A DNA stretch of 63,903 nucleotides, filler included, from Raillietiella orientalis (lineage: Eukaryota), in the NCBI GenBank assembly GCA_036172245.1. It is 3 parts of 3 records of this genome, joined end to end, with 100 filler letters (N's around TTAATTAATTAA, not from the genome) between each part and the next. Parts side by side here need not be neighbours in the genome. Positions count along the whole stretch, not along the records: positions 22,344 to 44,208 come from JAYWIR010000231.1; 2 more parts are not named here. One strand, written 5' to 3'. Below, in pieces: positions 26,875-40,355 of this stretch (the stretch's first letter is position 1; every line of letters starts with the position of its first letter). A program made the position numbers and the translations under genes. The notes under the pieces were generated by a model. That model ran no database searches. It was not told the origin of the DNA and saw nothing but the letters and a program-made list of their open reading frames with translations.

Positions 26875-27589
26875 CTGCTATGCTATTGAAAATATGTGCA
26901 CCTCGTGATGCCATCGCACATGTGCTTATTGCTAGTATTCCATGAAATTTGAGCATTTTTAGGGTTTTTTATATAGAAATTAAAGTTGTTGAGTAGTATT
27001 CAAGTCTATAAGCATTTAATCAGCTTCATGTCGAGAGTGGAAGGAAGGCTTAAAGATAACAGCTGAATTCTCCAAAAAAGCTGATGAAACAATCGTAACA
27101 GACTAGGAGCTTATCTAAAAAATGTTATCATGAAAATTTATATAGCCATTGGCAAAGCAGTTGAGCTGCTAAATGCTTTGAAAGAGGTAAAAGTTGACAA
27201 AGATTGAATTCATATATTTGGTGGTACAGCAGGGTCAGTATTATAAAGCTGAATTGCAATGTGTACGGAAATGCGAAAGTTCTGGAAGATTTTGAAGCGT
27301 TTAAAATACTTACACAAAAAATAACAAACTTTGTTCCAGCTCAGGCATATCTCTGGAATGATTTGATATATTTTCCGCTCACAATACACATTCATCTGCA
27401 GCGGACAGATCACCATTGTAAACATAAATGTCTGCTGATTCTTGCTATTTTCCCCAAGTCTCAAAAGGGGCGGAGTGAATTTGTTTTCTTCTTTTTACAT
27501 TCATACTACATTCTCATTCATACAAAAACTGCAAAACACTTCACTAATGTTAGCTCGAAGACTGCTTCTTTGGATCACTGAAAAAGTGC

Positions 27590-30500
27590 ACTGCACCTGC
27601 CTAACTGTGCGTCGTTTGTGCCTGGATGCTGCCTTCCATCCTTCTCGGGATATGACGGTAGTTTTACGCCTGGACTCTTCTGCAGTTTCTGATGCCGATC
27701 TCCTTCTGGATAAGCCCTTTCTGGATTTCCATTGGAGATACGGCAGTCCTATTGGTCTTCATCTTCCACCACCGCACGCGAAAGGCGATGGTCATCCTTA
27801 CCATTGGATTATAGCAGGGAACATTTCATATGTTCTTTGGAACATCCCTGCCAAGATCGTCATCGATGATGTGTTGGGCAGTCCAATAACCCTTTGCAGG
27901 TTATGTCACTCTTGTTGCATCGTTGGACAGATCAAAGCATGAAGTCTTGTATCGATATCACGACCTGCTCTGCAGATTGCTTCTTCTCTTCTCCCCGTGA
28001 AGAGCTTCATCTGGATCCACTAAGGATGCCTCCATGGTAGAACATCAGGAGATTATCCAGAGTGTCCGGTGGCAGGTCACTCCTCCAGATCGCCGTTCCA
28101 ATCGCTAGTGGGTCGAATCCATTCATAGCGTAACGATCGTCGGCTCCTTGGAGGGCACTGGTATCATATTCTTCCACTATTCGTCGGCGTAGATTGCTCT
28201 TGGTTTCCCCGGACCACGCGAGGTCATTGTGGTTTTTCCACACTCCGCGGGTCCCATGGGTGAAACTGGCAGAGATCCTTTGGATGTAACGGAGCACCCG
28301 GGAATGGTGCAGGTCTTGCTGCCGTATCCGTGTATCGGTTGCTTTCAAAGTAACTTTGGACCGCTGGTTTATCCAGCTCCTCGTATTTTCAGGTACGTGG
28401 AGCATCCACGGGATAACCAGGATGGATTCCTACTGCCAGAGTTCGGGGAATCATCTTCAGTTGTTGCTTTTGTATTAATTGTTGGTTTCTTCGCCATGTT
28501 GGATCCACGGTTGACCATTCGCCCACTCGGCCGAGCGGCGCACTCATCAGACCTCTCGAGTTGTTTAACGCCGAGCACGTCGTGTGCGCTGCATACGGCC
28601 AGTCGTCCCAGTTGCCTGTCATGTCCAGGATTTGTCGCACGTCCATGATGTCCACAGCGTGTGGAAGCGACTTCATCCGGGTACCGCCTTCTTCCTTAGG
28701 ACGACATAGTGGATTGAGGCGTACTCTCGGTCTGTAACTTCGCCATAGTGTTTTCCTCTCAAGCTTTTCCACCTTTCTTTTCGTGTCTTTGTACATTCTG
28801 TAGAAGGCCGCTCCAAAGACTATCTTCGGAAGGAGTACTTCATTCCAAAGATTGGTCCTCTTCATGTAAAAGTCCGATAGGGTATACTTCGCTCCTTCTT
28901 GTGTTGTTTTCGCCAGGATTAACTTTCACAATAAATGGAACGCTGATGCTTCACCAATGTTCACACCCAGGTAAAAAAATTGATCGACCGCTCGGAATCC
29001 TTCTCTCGTGAGTGTGGAGAGGTCCAGGATTCCGACGGGCAAATATTCGCATTTTGGGGCATTGATTCTGAAGACCATTTCTTTTTCCATAAGCACCACC
29101 ACATCCAGAAATCCTCTCTGATTTCTCTCCCCTTTTAAGAAGAAGAGAAGATGGTCTGCATAGGCTAGATGGGTGAGTCGTTGGTCGTCCACTTTGATTC
29201 CGTGGGGGTACCCACTTCTCTCGATGGGTGATGAGAGGGCCTCCATGTAGATGGCAAACACCGTCGTACTGAGAGTATTGCCCTAGCGCACTCCGCGTTC
29301 CATCCCGATGGCTGTTGTCGTTTCCCCATTAATCCTCATGTAAAAGTGTTGCTCTTCAAGTACCAACTTCACAAAGTTGCTGAATTCTTTCAGCCTTCCT
29401 AAAAATCTTCAGCGGCATCCCATGATCCAACGTGTCGAAAGCCTTTTCCATGTCAGTGAAGCCCACTACCAAGTTCTCGCCGATATATCGGCTGAGTCCA
29501 ATGGTTGCGTGGGCACATTTGACATTGTCCAACATGTGGCGTCTGGGCACAGCGCATGTCTGGACCGAGATTGACCTCAATTTGGTCACCTGTTTTCTTA
29601 TCCTGCTCTCATAGAAGGATTCCGGTAGTCGTCCTTCTTGCCGGATGCAGAGCGTCAGCTGGTGGAACCAACGCTTGTTGGCATTCAGGTACCGCTGATA
29701 GTGTGAGATGGGCACACTATCAGGACCCGCTGCCACATCCTTGAGAAGATCCTTGGACACAGCTTTTACTTTTTCTTCGGAGATTTCCTCTTCCAGCATC
29801 TTCCGCTTTTTTTTGCCCGTTCTTCGTTCCTGGTGTTTCAGGAAGGTATCTTCATAGCACTGACACAGATGTCTGCGTCGGAAGTTTATCACGTAATGCC
29901 TTTGAAAGACTTCTGTGATGTCCTACAACGTGTGCCTGGTGCAGCCATCGTGCTGTCTACAGAAGATGTCTGTTTCCAGGTTCTTCTCCAGCACGCTGAC
30001 TTCCCCTTTGACGTTTTGGAAGACGTACTGACTCTCGTACAGTTTCCAATACTTCGAGAGGGAGCGATCTTGGATGTCCAGCTACTGGCACACTTTCTGC
30101 CTCAATGTCTTGTCACCAAATTGCATGTTGCAGAAGAGATGGACTCGATGTTTTAGGCCATCCTAGTCGGCGACTCTGCTGATGCTGGGCGTCTGCAGAA
30201 TCGCCTCTATAACTTCTTGGTGGTAGGGTAGCGTTTTGAACCAAGCGGGCATGCTGATGAGCGCCTTCTTTTGCCGGGGGTTTCCAGATCTCAGCGAAGA
30301 CCTCATCAACGGATGATCGGACAGAGTGTTGGGCCTGTCGTAAAACCCAAGGATGCGGTTCCCTATGTCGGAGCTGTAGAGGACGTGGTCGATCGGCTTG
30401 TGGCTGGCTGTTGCCCACAGCAATCCAAACTCGGCGGACAGCCTCCGATACGCCGTCGTGTTTCTAGCGGCACGGGAATAGATGACTTCATCCAGGACGT

Positions 30501-30835
30501 TGAAATCTTCCACGATGATTACGATGTCCTTCGGTGCGACCATTTGTCGAAGTGCTCCGTGGAGCGCCTACGCACACCGATGCTTCTGTTGATGAGATCC
30601 GTAAACATTCACCAGGAGCAGTTGAACGTTTGCGGACCAAGACATCCGTACTGCGACGACTCTTCCAGGCATGGGGCAGAATGTTTCGAGGATGGTGTGA
30701 GCGAGCTCGTTCTTGATTGAGATCGCCACACCCATGGTGCACCTCTGTCCCTCGCTGCAAACAGCTGTGAGTTTAGTCGTCTTTCCATGGTTTGAGTTCC
30801 TGATTCATGTAAAATGATGACAGTAAAAGTGAGAG
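27590..30835 (-). mobile_element. Divergent L1/Tx1-like non-LTR retrotransposon ORF2 (family F), degenerate
   Basis: EN (EDFN, IDHVL, LSDH), RT (AGPDS, DMEKAFD, GVR*G, YADH, YLG); 3' part homologous to 55030-55320. Confidence 0.85.
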
Positions 30836-31770
30836 GAGAATTTTTTTCTGGGGTAGTAGTGGGAAGATGGTAGGGTTGCATGTTTGAATATTGGTGGGGT
30901 GGTAAAAATAAAAATTGTGGGGATTAGGGCAATCACTCCTCCTAATCTTTTAGGGATTGTTCGTAGGATGGCATAAGCAGATAGGAAGTATCATTCGGGT
31001 TGAATGTGTGAGGGAGTTGTCAGGGGGTTGGAAAGTATGCCATTTTCTTCAGATAAGAATATGTAAGGGAAAAAGGTGGATGTAAGAAGGAGGAGTGTGG
31101 TGAGTGGTAGAAGGCTTGTTAAATGTTCAATGTTGAAGAATGGTCGGAAGGGTGGTATATCTGAGTTTCTTTTGGTTCCTAGAGGGTTTGAGGATAAGTT
31201 TTTGTGGAGGAAACATAGGTGTGATAGAGAGACGATCCCTCTAATGAAAGGCAGGATGGAGTGTAGGGAAAAGAATCGTGTGGGTTGGATACGAAGTAAT
31301 TTCCTCCTAAAAATGAAATGATGGGTTGTCCGATGAGGGAGATGGCGGAAAACAGGTTGGTGATGACCGTAGCGGCTCAAAAAGATATTTGTGCTTCCTT
31401 AAGGAAGGACATAACCTGGGAATGATGTCATTATTAGTAAGATGAGGAGTAGTAATCCTAATATTCATGTTATAGTGTTTTTATAGGAAAAGAAGTATAA
31501 TGTGCGGAAAGTGTGTGGGCAGATTGCTATGAAGAAGAAGGAGGCGGTGTTGGCGTGGAAGTATCGTACGAATCATCCGTTATTGGTGTTGTGCATTCTG
31601 TTGATGACTGATGAAAAGGCTTCTGAGGTATGGGGGGTGTAATGTATGGAGATGCTAATGCCTCCAAGTAGTTGGGTAATTAGGAAGATTCCATTAAAGA
31701 TTCCATTCCATTTGTCATTAAAGAAGGTAGCGGAGGGGTGTTTTTCTCTGTAAAATTTTGTATGGGATAA
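30836..31770 (-). pseudogene. cob: Numt: mitochondrial cytochrome b
   Basis: With the invertebrate mitochondrial code reads MHYTPH..GWFVRYFHANTASFFF..GYVLP..SFWAATVITNL..HIQPEWYFL.AYAILRTIP; contains frameshifts. Confidence 0.92.
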
Positions 31771-31779
31771 TGATGCATG

Positions 31780-32040
31780 TTAGTATTAGGAAGGATATGA
31801 GGAATCAGGTTACCGGGATGTTGAACAATGATAGTATGATTTTTGATGAGTAGGATGAAGAGGGGTAGGTGGGCTGAGGTGAATTGGGTAAGAGGAGTAA
31901 TAGGGGGGTGAAGATAAATGGGGTTTTGTTGAATGTGCATAATTCGTTGTATGTTGGAGATGCTATGTAAGGGAAGATGATTAGGATTCCTCCGACGTAG
32001 ACGAGCAATGTGATGATGCCATATCACGAGGTTACGGAGA
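31780..32040 (-). pseudogene. nad6: Numt: mitochondrial NADH dehydrogenase subunit 6 (partial)
   Basis: LVYVGGILIIF motif, directly upstream of cob on the same strand. Confidence 0.75.
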
Positions 32041-32056
32041 GGAGGCTGATGGTGAT

Positions 32057-32860
32057 TTGATGTTTCTATTATTCATGGTGATGGGTGTGGGGTTTGGTTG
32101 GGGAACGGTGGGTTCGAGAGTTGTGTTTTTCTGGGTTATGGGATGTTTATGTAAGGAACAATATTTGGGTGGGAGTGGTATGGTTGATGGGGTGAGATTT
32201 TGTTTATTATTGATTAGGATGGTGTTTTTCTTTTCGTGATGCAGTGTAGTGCAGGAGTTAATAGGAGAGTGCTACTGTGAGTAGTGAGATTGATTTTGGG
32301 TATATTAGTGATTTATAGGTTTATGAGAGTTAATTTTTTTATATTTTATGTATTTTTTGAGGGTAGGATGATTCCTATAGTGCTGATTGTTCTTTGGTGG
32401 GGGTATCAGAGGGAGCGATTTGGAGCTAACGTTTCTACATTTATTTATACGGTTTTTATGTCTTTGTGGTTTTCAATTGGTGCTATTAATTTCCTGGAGG
32501 ATGGGTTGTCTGTTAGAATGGTGGATGAGAGGATGGGAGTGGAAGGTTCAGTGCTCGTAGGAGTTTTTTTTGTAAAGTTGTCGGTTTACGGAGTTCATTT
32601 ATGGCTTCCAAAAGCTCATGTGGAGTCTATTTCTTATGGTTCTATAATTCTTGCTGGGGTTTTGTTAAAGTTAGTTAGGTATGGAATGGTGCGGTTGTTT
32701 GTGAAGGATAATTATGGACTTGTAAGGTTATGACTAGTAGGGGTGAGTATGGTAGGTGGAGTGGTGGGGGGATTGATGTGTTTTCGATAGGTAGATTATA
32801 AGGTAATTATGGCTTATTCGTCAATTGTAGGGAGGAGATTAATGGGGTGAGATGGGGTTG
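32057..32860 (+). pseudogene. nad4: Numt: mitochondrial NADH dehydrogenase subunit 4 (partial)
   Basis: FYVFFE..IP..WWGYQ.ER and HLWLPKAHVE..GS.ILAGVLLKL motifs; strongly G+T-rich strand. Confidence 0.92.
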
Positions 32861-33924
32861 ATAGGATGTGTTTTGATGATGTACAGAGTATACTAATCTT
32901 TCAGCAGTTTCTTCTTTCTTTACATTGCTGACAAATAGTTTATTGAAAAGATGATTAGAAAAAATAGTTTATTGATTTCCAATTTTTGTATGAAGCTCTT
33001 CTGTTCGTGCCATTTGAATTGCATCATGGCTATTTTCTTGAAGCTTTTTCAGCATTTTGTAGTTTTCTTCTATAGAAGCTATAGCATTTTGTATCAGCTA
33101 TTTGCTTAGTTTCCTCCATGGCAATTTTAACGCAGCTTGGAAGTAGCAAAGTGCTCTTTGTAGCACTGCCGAGTCTTTGATTGGCATTGGTATAACATTA
33201 TTTTTATCGAATTCATAATCAGAGTGCTTTTTTTGCTTCGCCAGCTTTGCTGGCTTTTTCCTTTATGTGTATTGAGTAGTGACGCTTGCTGGCATTGCAT
33301 GTTTTGCAATGTACTGCTTGCAAGATAGTTCTTTGCGATTGCAATGCAACAGCAGTATCTCATTGACGTTCTTTTATTAGCGTATTTATCTTCGTGACAG
33401 CCGCACAGAATACTCTGGATGAGACTCTTTGATCATCTGGCACAACAAGGTCTTCATCTAGGAATGCACTGGGATCAAATTTCCGCACCCCATTCTCTCT
33501 TGCCTCGACGATACCCAAACTCCATTTGGCCCAACAACTTGCTTTTTGACAGCTTCCCTGTACCTTTCATTAAATTTTGCCAGCTCACCAGATGATTCAT
33601 ACCTAATCAGACTCGACTCGATCACAAGTAAAAGATGAGGTTCAGAAATTCAGAAAAATGTATTGCCATGATGATCTAAATTAGTAGAATTTCCAAGCTC
33701 TTCCTATTCGGAGACGCGGAAGGGTCACTTGGAATCTCAGGGTTTGAATCAGCAAATGAAGTCACCTTTGCCATCCTGTCTGGTGATATTCCATCTCTTA
33801 CCAGTTCTCGTCCTGCTGAATTTGCCCTGTCTGCTCATAACTCCCAGTTACTATAATCTGCAAATAAATTCTCAGGATTCTTTTCTGTATATCCACCTAT
33901 CTCCACAGTATTAGGTATAGCAAA

Positions 33925-34365
33925 ATTCAGCATGCTCTGGTTTCTAGGCGTGATGCAGAAGAATTAATATTAGGCGGGAAAGTAAGACCAAACGGTCAAC
34001 TTGTAGTACATCCTACAACCCTTGTATCTGGCCAGGAAACCATCAAAGTTGATGGCAAAAAGCTAGGCGCGATCCCAAAGGCAAGAATATGGTTGTATAA
34101 GAAGCCAAGAGATCTCATTACTTCACACAAAGATACTAAGGGTAGAAAAACAGCTTTCGAATCTCATCCAGAGTACCTGCCAAGAGTTATTTCAGTAGGC
34201 AGGCTTGATTATAACACAAAAGGTTCTTTATTACTCACCATTGGTGTAGGTCTAGAGAGAAGGCTTGAGCTCCCTGTAAATCAATTGACACGCTGCGTGT
34301 TCATTGGCAGAATAGTCGGCTGTATAGAGGATGCACGAATTAAAGCTCCGAGTGATGGTACCACT
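33925..34365 (+). pseudogene. Bacterial RluB/RsuA-family pseudouridine synthase fragment
   Basis: S4-like RRDAEELI..GKV..NG and YKKPR.LITSHKD.KGRKT...RVISVGRLDYNT.G.LLLT. Confidence 0.88.
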
Positions 34366-34618
34366 GTCGAATTCTATATATTTCGAGTGCTGTTGGTATG
34401 AAATATGTTACATCATGTGGTAGTTTTGCTTATTTTTAGGATTTTATTTGTCAATTCTGATTTTTTATTTGTTACATGATGTTAAATGTATACGTATGTA
34501 ATGCTTAAGCCACAACTCAATAGCTATAATGATGAATGATTAGGTATTAGATACTCGTAATCATAAGGCTTGAGTCCTATATCGATTGCAAAAGGGCAAG
34601 GTCTTAAGAAACTTTCAG

Positions 34619-35125
<507 letters not shown>

Positions 35126-35744
35126 GCAAAGCAAAATTTAACTATACCAGCAAATTGCCACATGAGCAGGCAAAGAGCCATTTTATTTTAATGCAATTTT
35201 GACTAATATGTGGGTCATCTAATGAAACGTCAGCCAACTTAATCAATGTCTTTGTGAATTTTGTTTCCATATAACAGCCAGTATGGAATGCTAAACAGCA
35301 ATTCCAAAAACCTCAACCATACGCTAACATACACAATGTGATTAGAGGTACATATCAATTGTCATGACATTATTAAGCTATTTGAAAGAAATGATCTTGG
35401 TCTTCAGAAACATAATAGTAAGAGAGATTTTATACATTCGATAAGGTCATCATCGCAATATTTGTCAGAGTAAAGCTGAGAGGTCTGCAGGAAAGTTGGA
35501 AGGTATGTTCCATGGCAAAGAGCAGTGTCGAGGTGTTATTAAGCATCATCCACATATGGAAAAGGGCAAGGTTCAGGTTCAATTTGCTAAAAGCACAATC
35601 TGCATCCTGTGGAAAAAATCAAGGGAAGGGGCGTTAGTAGCTCGAATAGTTGCGATAAAAATGTTCTGTTTGACGTTTTTGTCTTTCCAATGTGAAGCAG
35701 AAAGTATTTGCTTTCTTTCTGGCCTTTACTTTACAGAATATCAA

Positions 35745-35985
35745 GCTTGCGTAATTGCTTCACAAGTCTAATATGAAACCCCGGAGAATCTATTGCGATG
35801 ATCATATCGGGCTTCGATTCTAATATGAAGTGCACGGTTTGCTGCAGCCTCTTCAGTATAGTAGAAATCCTTGGGCTTGCTTCTAAAAATCCAATAACTG
35901 AAAGCTCATGCATAGAGAACAAGCTTTTCGTTCCAGGTTCTTCCATTTCAAATCCGCCTATACCGCAGAACTCTATTGGTATGTC
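35745..35985 (-). pseudogene. lpxB: Bacterial lipid-A-disaccharide synthase fragment
   Basis: IEFCGIGG.EM...SLFSMHELSVIGFLE....KPDMIIAIDSPGFHIRLVKQLRK. Confidence 0.88.
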
Positions 35986-36267
35986 TTAGTCTTCTGCTGC
36001 TTGGCAAGCTGACATACCAGAAGTATAACTAAGTCTGTTGGTGAATCTTTGCGATCTTTTGCTGTAATATTAGCGGATTGGCCGCGTATAGCCATCATAA
36101 GCTTAGAGCCAGGCAAATCGCCTGCAGTTTCGGTTTTTGAAGTCGCCTTCTTTGGTTAAGCCCCGCGGGTGCGACCTTTTCGTGCCCGCTTTTGTCTTCA
36201 CGTAGTCGTTTTTGGGCAGCGAGCGATCGCCAGTGGAATCGTGGGGTGCGGCAATGCTCTTTCACAC

Positions 36268-36466
36268 CAGCAAGATGTAAGGGAAATGGACTTAAAAGAC
36301 CATCCAAACACTTTGCATTTGTTAGCCTCAAAAAGTGGCCAATGCAGAGTTAAAGTCTCAACTCAAGACTTGATAGGAGCATGCTTAAGACTTGGGCCAG
36401 ATCGAATACTAGTTGGAGAATTAAGAGGTGCTGAAGCCTTTAGCTTCCGGCGTGCCATTAATACGG
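36268..36466 (+). pseudogene. virB11: P-type T4SS ATPase VirB11 fragment
   Basis: DVRE....HPN.LHLLASKSGQ....VSTQDLI.ACLRL.PDRILVGELRGAEAFSF.RAINT. Confidence 0.88.
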
Positions 36467-36559
36467 TACAATTTCTGAAATTTAGAATTTATAGACGACG
36501 ACTGCAAAAATATCGCAGGCCAACTTGCAAAAACATAATTAATATATGAAATGGAGCGT

Positions 36560-36800
36560 CACTCTAGATGCAATAGTAGTAAGTGAATATGCTGATCGTA
36601 AAGTAATTAAGGGAGCACCTTTGCAGGGTGCATTTACTGCTGCTGCAACGCATATGTTTCGGCCGATCTTGACATCCACATTGGTGAAAATCATAGTATT
36701 TTCTCCTCTTCTATTTTGGCCTGGAGTTCTTTAGCAATTTACGCACCACTTGCCAATTACTGCTATTTTCATATTAGGCAACTCTGCTTTTTGCTCTCTT
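36560..36800 (+). pseudogene. AcrB/AcrD/AcrF RND permease fragment
   Basis: DAIVVSEYADRK...MFRPILTSTL...VFSPLLFWPGV...LPIT. Confidence 0.78.
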
Positions 36801-36993
36801 TTTCCAACTTGGTCCATTATTTGGAAAGAGCAATGCAATACATCAAGATGACGTAGCTGCGATGAAAGCATCAGAAGAAGGAGACTTTGAGAATTAAGGC
36901 ACATTCTCCAAGTTGTATACAAAGTGCCTATTGTATGTCTTGGATCGTGCTAACGTTTCTGCATATGCGGTAATTGCTGCGATCATTGCAGTG

Positions 36994-37161
<168 letters not shown>

Positions 37162-37934
37162 TGATTAGTTACTATACAGTGCATATTAAATATACATGAG
37201 CAAAGCATGCAAACAACTGAGTGAATAACGTTCTATTGTAAACTATGAACACCTGCACAATTCCTGAGTATATCCAAACACCAGACTGTCTAGAACACAA
37301 TTGTCAGACAATCTTCCACGCCTGGTAATAGAGGCCATCGAGCAGTTGTACAGAATGTCGCGAGCAATCTGAAAGGAAGGCCGTTGGGAAATCGTAGCTG
37401 GAAAGCTGCGTGCTCAGGGTTTAGAGCTAATCACGGGTTTCCAGAAAAACATGAAAGATTCAGACAGCCGCAGGGCAACTTAAGCAGATCTGCCACATAC
37501 AGCACACAAGACCTAGATCAGCAACCAATTTCTTGGCAAACCTATTTGCTAAGGAAGTAGTTCTAAAAAATCTTTCTGACCCAATGTTATCAGTGCTTCT
37601 GCCAGAAACTGCTGGAGTGAAAACCGTGCTCTTGACAACTGACACAGCAAGTGAAGATTCAGTTTCTAAGAGAAGAAGAACAATTGCGGAAAACAGAACG
37701 TACCTTATGATGATGATAAAGGCACTAGCAAATATACAGATAGTAAATAGTACCTTGTCAATGCAAAATGTAGTCCCTCTGCACGAAGGAAGTATGAAAT
37801 TCTATAATGAAAATCCATTGTATTGGAGCAGATAATTGAGCTCAGATCCGACAATACAACAATTCATGCAAAGTGCTGATTCTTCCTCTGTACATAAAAA
37901 GTTCCACCTGGTAATTGCTCTAAAGATGGATGAC

Positions 37935-38205
37935 ATGAAGGTTTCAAGTAAAGTGACGTTGCGATGGGTCTTGTTGGCTGCAGCTTTTTGCTATGGCACA
38001 TACCTTCAACATGGGCAGAAGGATGCACTGCTGTTTCTTACAAGGTATGTCATAGAGCTTGCACAGCGTTCTGACAATGTATGTATTGTTATGTATGTAA
38101 TGTATTCATATTGTTATTCGAAATCTGCAAGACTAAGAAACAATTTCAACATAAGGTCTTGTTTATAGGAATCTTGAGCGCAATTGTAATGCGACTTTGG
38201 TTTGG
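37935..38205 (+). pseudogene. TerC/Alx-family membrane protein fragment
   Basis: ALLFLT.YVIE...S.DNV....FQHKVLFIGILSAIVMR. Confidence 0.78.
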
Positions 38206-39060
38206 GATATTCTACTTTGGTAGGATTTCACGTCGGAAGATCAAAAAGATCCATAGCAAAAGACTGGAGAACCCACTTCCAGGAGCCTTGAAACGGCTAG
38301 AGAGGAAGGGGATGTGGTGACTTCCAGAGAAACTATTACCTTTCTGTTATTTACGTTTTTTACTGTGTCTCTCTACTTTGGAATGCGTCTGATTATGAAG
38401 AGTGCTACAAAAATATTAGCTCCATACACGTGTAATATCTCAGCTGCTAAAGAGTAAAGGGCTGACGCGGGCAAGCGCTCAGAATATTCTTTGTGCGGTC
38501 AACCAGCAAGAAGGCTGCCTGACATTAAAAGGTAACATTGGAGAGAGAGAAATTTCTGCAGAGCACGTGAGAAGTATATTGATCTCAGTACTCTGAGGAC
38601 ACTTTACGTCATACTCTCAAGGGCAAAGCATGAAGCATTTCTTGTTACTGTTAGTGTCGAAAAATTAATTAAAGCTTTAGGCATCAAAACTGGTGCCAAG
38701 TATTCTGCACTCGAGCATCAAAAGCCTTCTAATGTGACAGACTTAAAAGAGTTAGCAAGCACCAGAAGAGAACATTGGATGGAAAAGCAGGGTTCTGCCA
38801 ACTTCTACAGTATAGATCATGGGGGAGGAGAAAAGAATATAAGAATCCAGAATAAGCATAATTAAGTATGCAAGAACTTCATATGCAGTCCTGATTTAAT
38901 TAGACAAGTATGGGTTTTGATCAAATTGGCAGAACTGATCTAAAAACACGCTTTCATCAAACCAAGGAGCGCCACCAAAGAAATTTTCAATGTCCGCATC
39001 CATAATGCTCGCAACTGGACGACTGTTATAAAAGTTGGTGTTGATGTACAATCTGTATCT

Positions 39061-39243
39061 GTAATTGCGGTAGAGAACCCCGAGAGATTCGGGCTTGTGC
39101 AGCTTCATCAATTAAGAGGTAGAGCTGGTAGAAATGATGTGCAGTGCTATTGCGTGCTGCTTTATGGAAATGCACTTTCTGAAGCTTCTCCTCAGCGTTT
39201 GAAGATACTAAAAAATTGTGATGACGGTTTTAAGATTGCAAGT
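39061..39243 (+). pseudogene. recG: ATP-dependent DNA helicase RecG fragment
   Basis: VENPERFGLVQLHQLRGRAGR....YCVLLY.....RLKIL...DDGFKIA. Confidence 0.9.
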
Positions 39244-40239
39244 AAAAGTTATTGGTATGTTGATAAAATGTAGTGGATAGATTGGCATAACACGTATTGT
39301 AAATCGAGAACTATACTAGAACAACATGCGCAGTGATCTACAAGTTTAGCAGAATATGTAGAGTACAAGTTCAAAGAGTAGGAATTATAAAAACAAGATC
39401 TTTATGCAATAAACATGAATTTGAAATGATTTTCCTTTGATATAATTAAGAATCGGTTTCAATCAAGGCATCTTACCGCATAGTAAATGCGTTATTACTT
39501 ATAATATGGCAGATATTCACATCTGCATGAAATACACCAAGCTGTTGATAGTTATTGTGCAAAGTAAAAGATTGCCTTCAAAATAGTGGCAATTATATAA
39601 GGATACTACTGGTGTTTGAAAAAAAGGCAATAGCATTATGAAAAGGCATCAATAGCTTGAATAGTGCATTTCCATAAATAAAAAATTACAGCATCTGTGT
39701 AAGGATTTGATCCTATCGCTATTCTGTAAATGCAGAACAAGAACATGCTGCATCTACTAAGGTACTCTCACTTGGCAAATTGATACATAACAAACTGTCT
39801 ACTACCTTGAAATTCTTCATTCTCATGTAAATCATTAAATGAATTGGGTATTATATCACTAAGAACTTCCTGGCATTCATCATTACTTACAACAAAATCC
39901 TGAGCAACTCTTATGGCATCAGTTGACATCTTAGATTCCAACTCCTTCAACTGAGGAGTACGTTGGGAAAACCCAGTAATTGCTTAAATTCTTCAGTTTT
40001 ACAGAGAAAACCAACTGAAACAAGCTTTTCGGCCACAAAAAAAGCTTCCTTTCTTTCTTCACTAATGGTAAGGCTTTTATTGTAGAACCTTGTTTGGTTC
40101 CAGCTGGTACTTTTATCTCACCTACATTCCTTAACTGAATCAGCTAACAACCCTCTCTTGCTTCCCTATTATCCGAGATTTGCTTTCTATTCATGATGCA
40201 ATTGCTCCACTATTTTTTAGCCATTTTTCTTCACTGTTA

Positions 40240-40355
40240 TTGTTGCTGACTTTTTCTTTTTCAACCTCACCTTTACTGCTGATGGTCAGTTTGTTATTGA
40301 TTACAGAAACATCAAGTTCATGCCGATGATAGCCAGGAACTGAAACAGTTGGCTC
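40240..40355 (-). pseudogene. Possible Hsp20 small heat-shock protein fragment
   Basis: VSVPGY...ELDVSVINNKLTIS; a short DnaJ-like EIKVPAGT lies nearby (~40095-40125). Confidence 0.45.

Noticed and set aside
37533..37835. TAXI-family solute-binding protein C-terminus (VPLHEGSMKFY)
   Set aside because: Match too short to call without a search.
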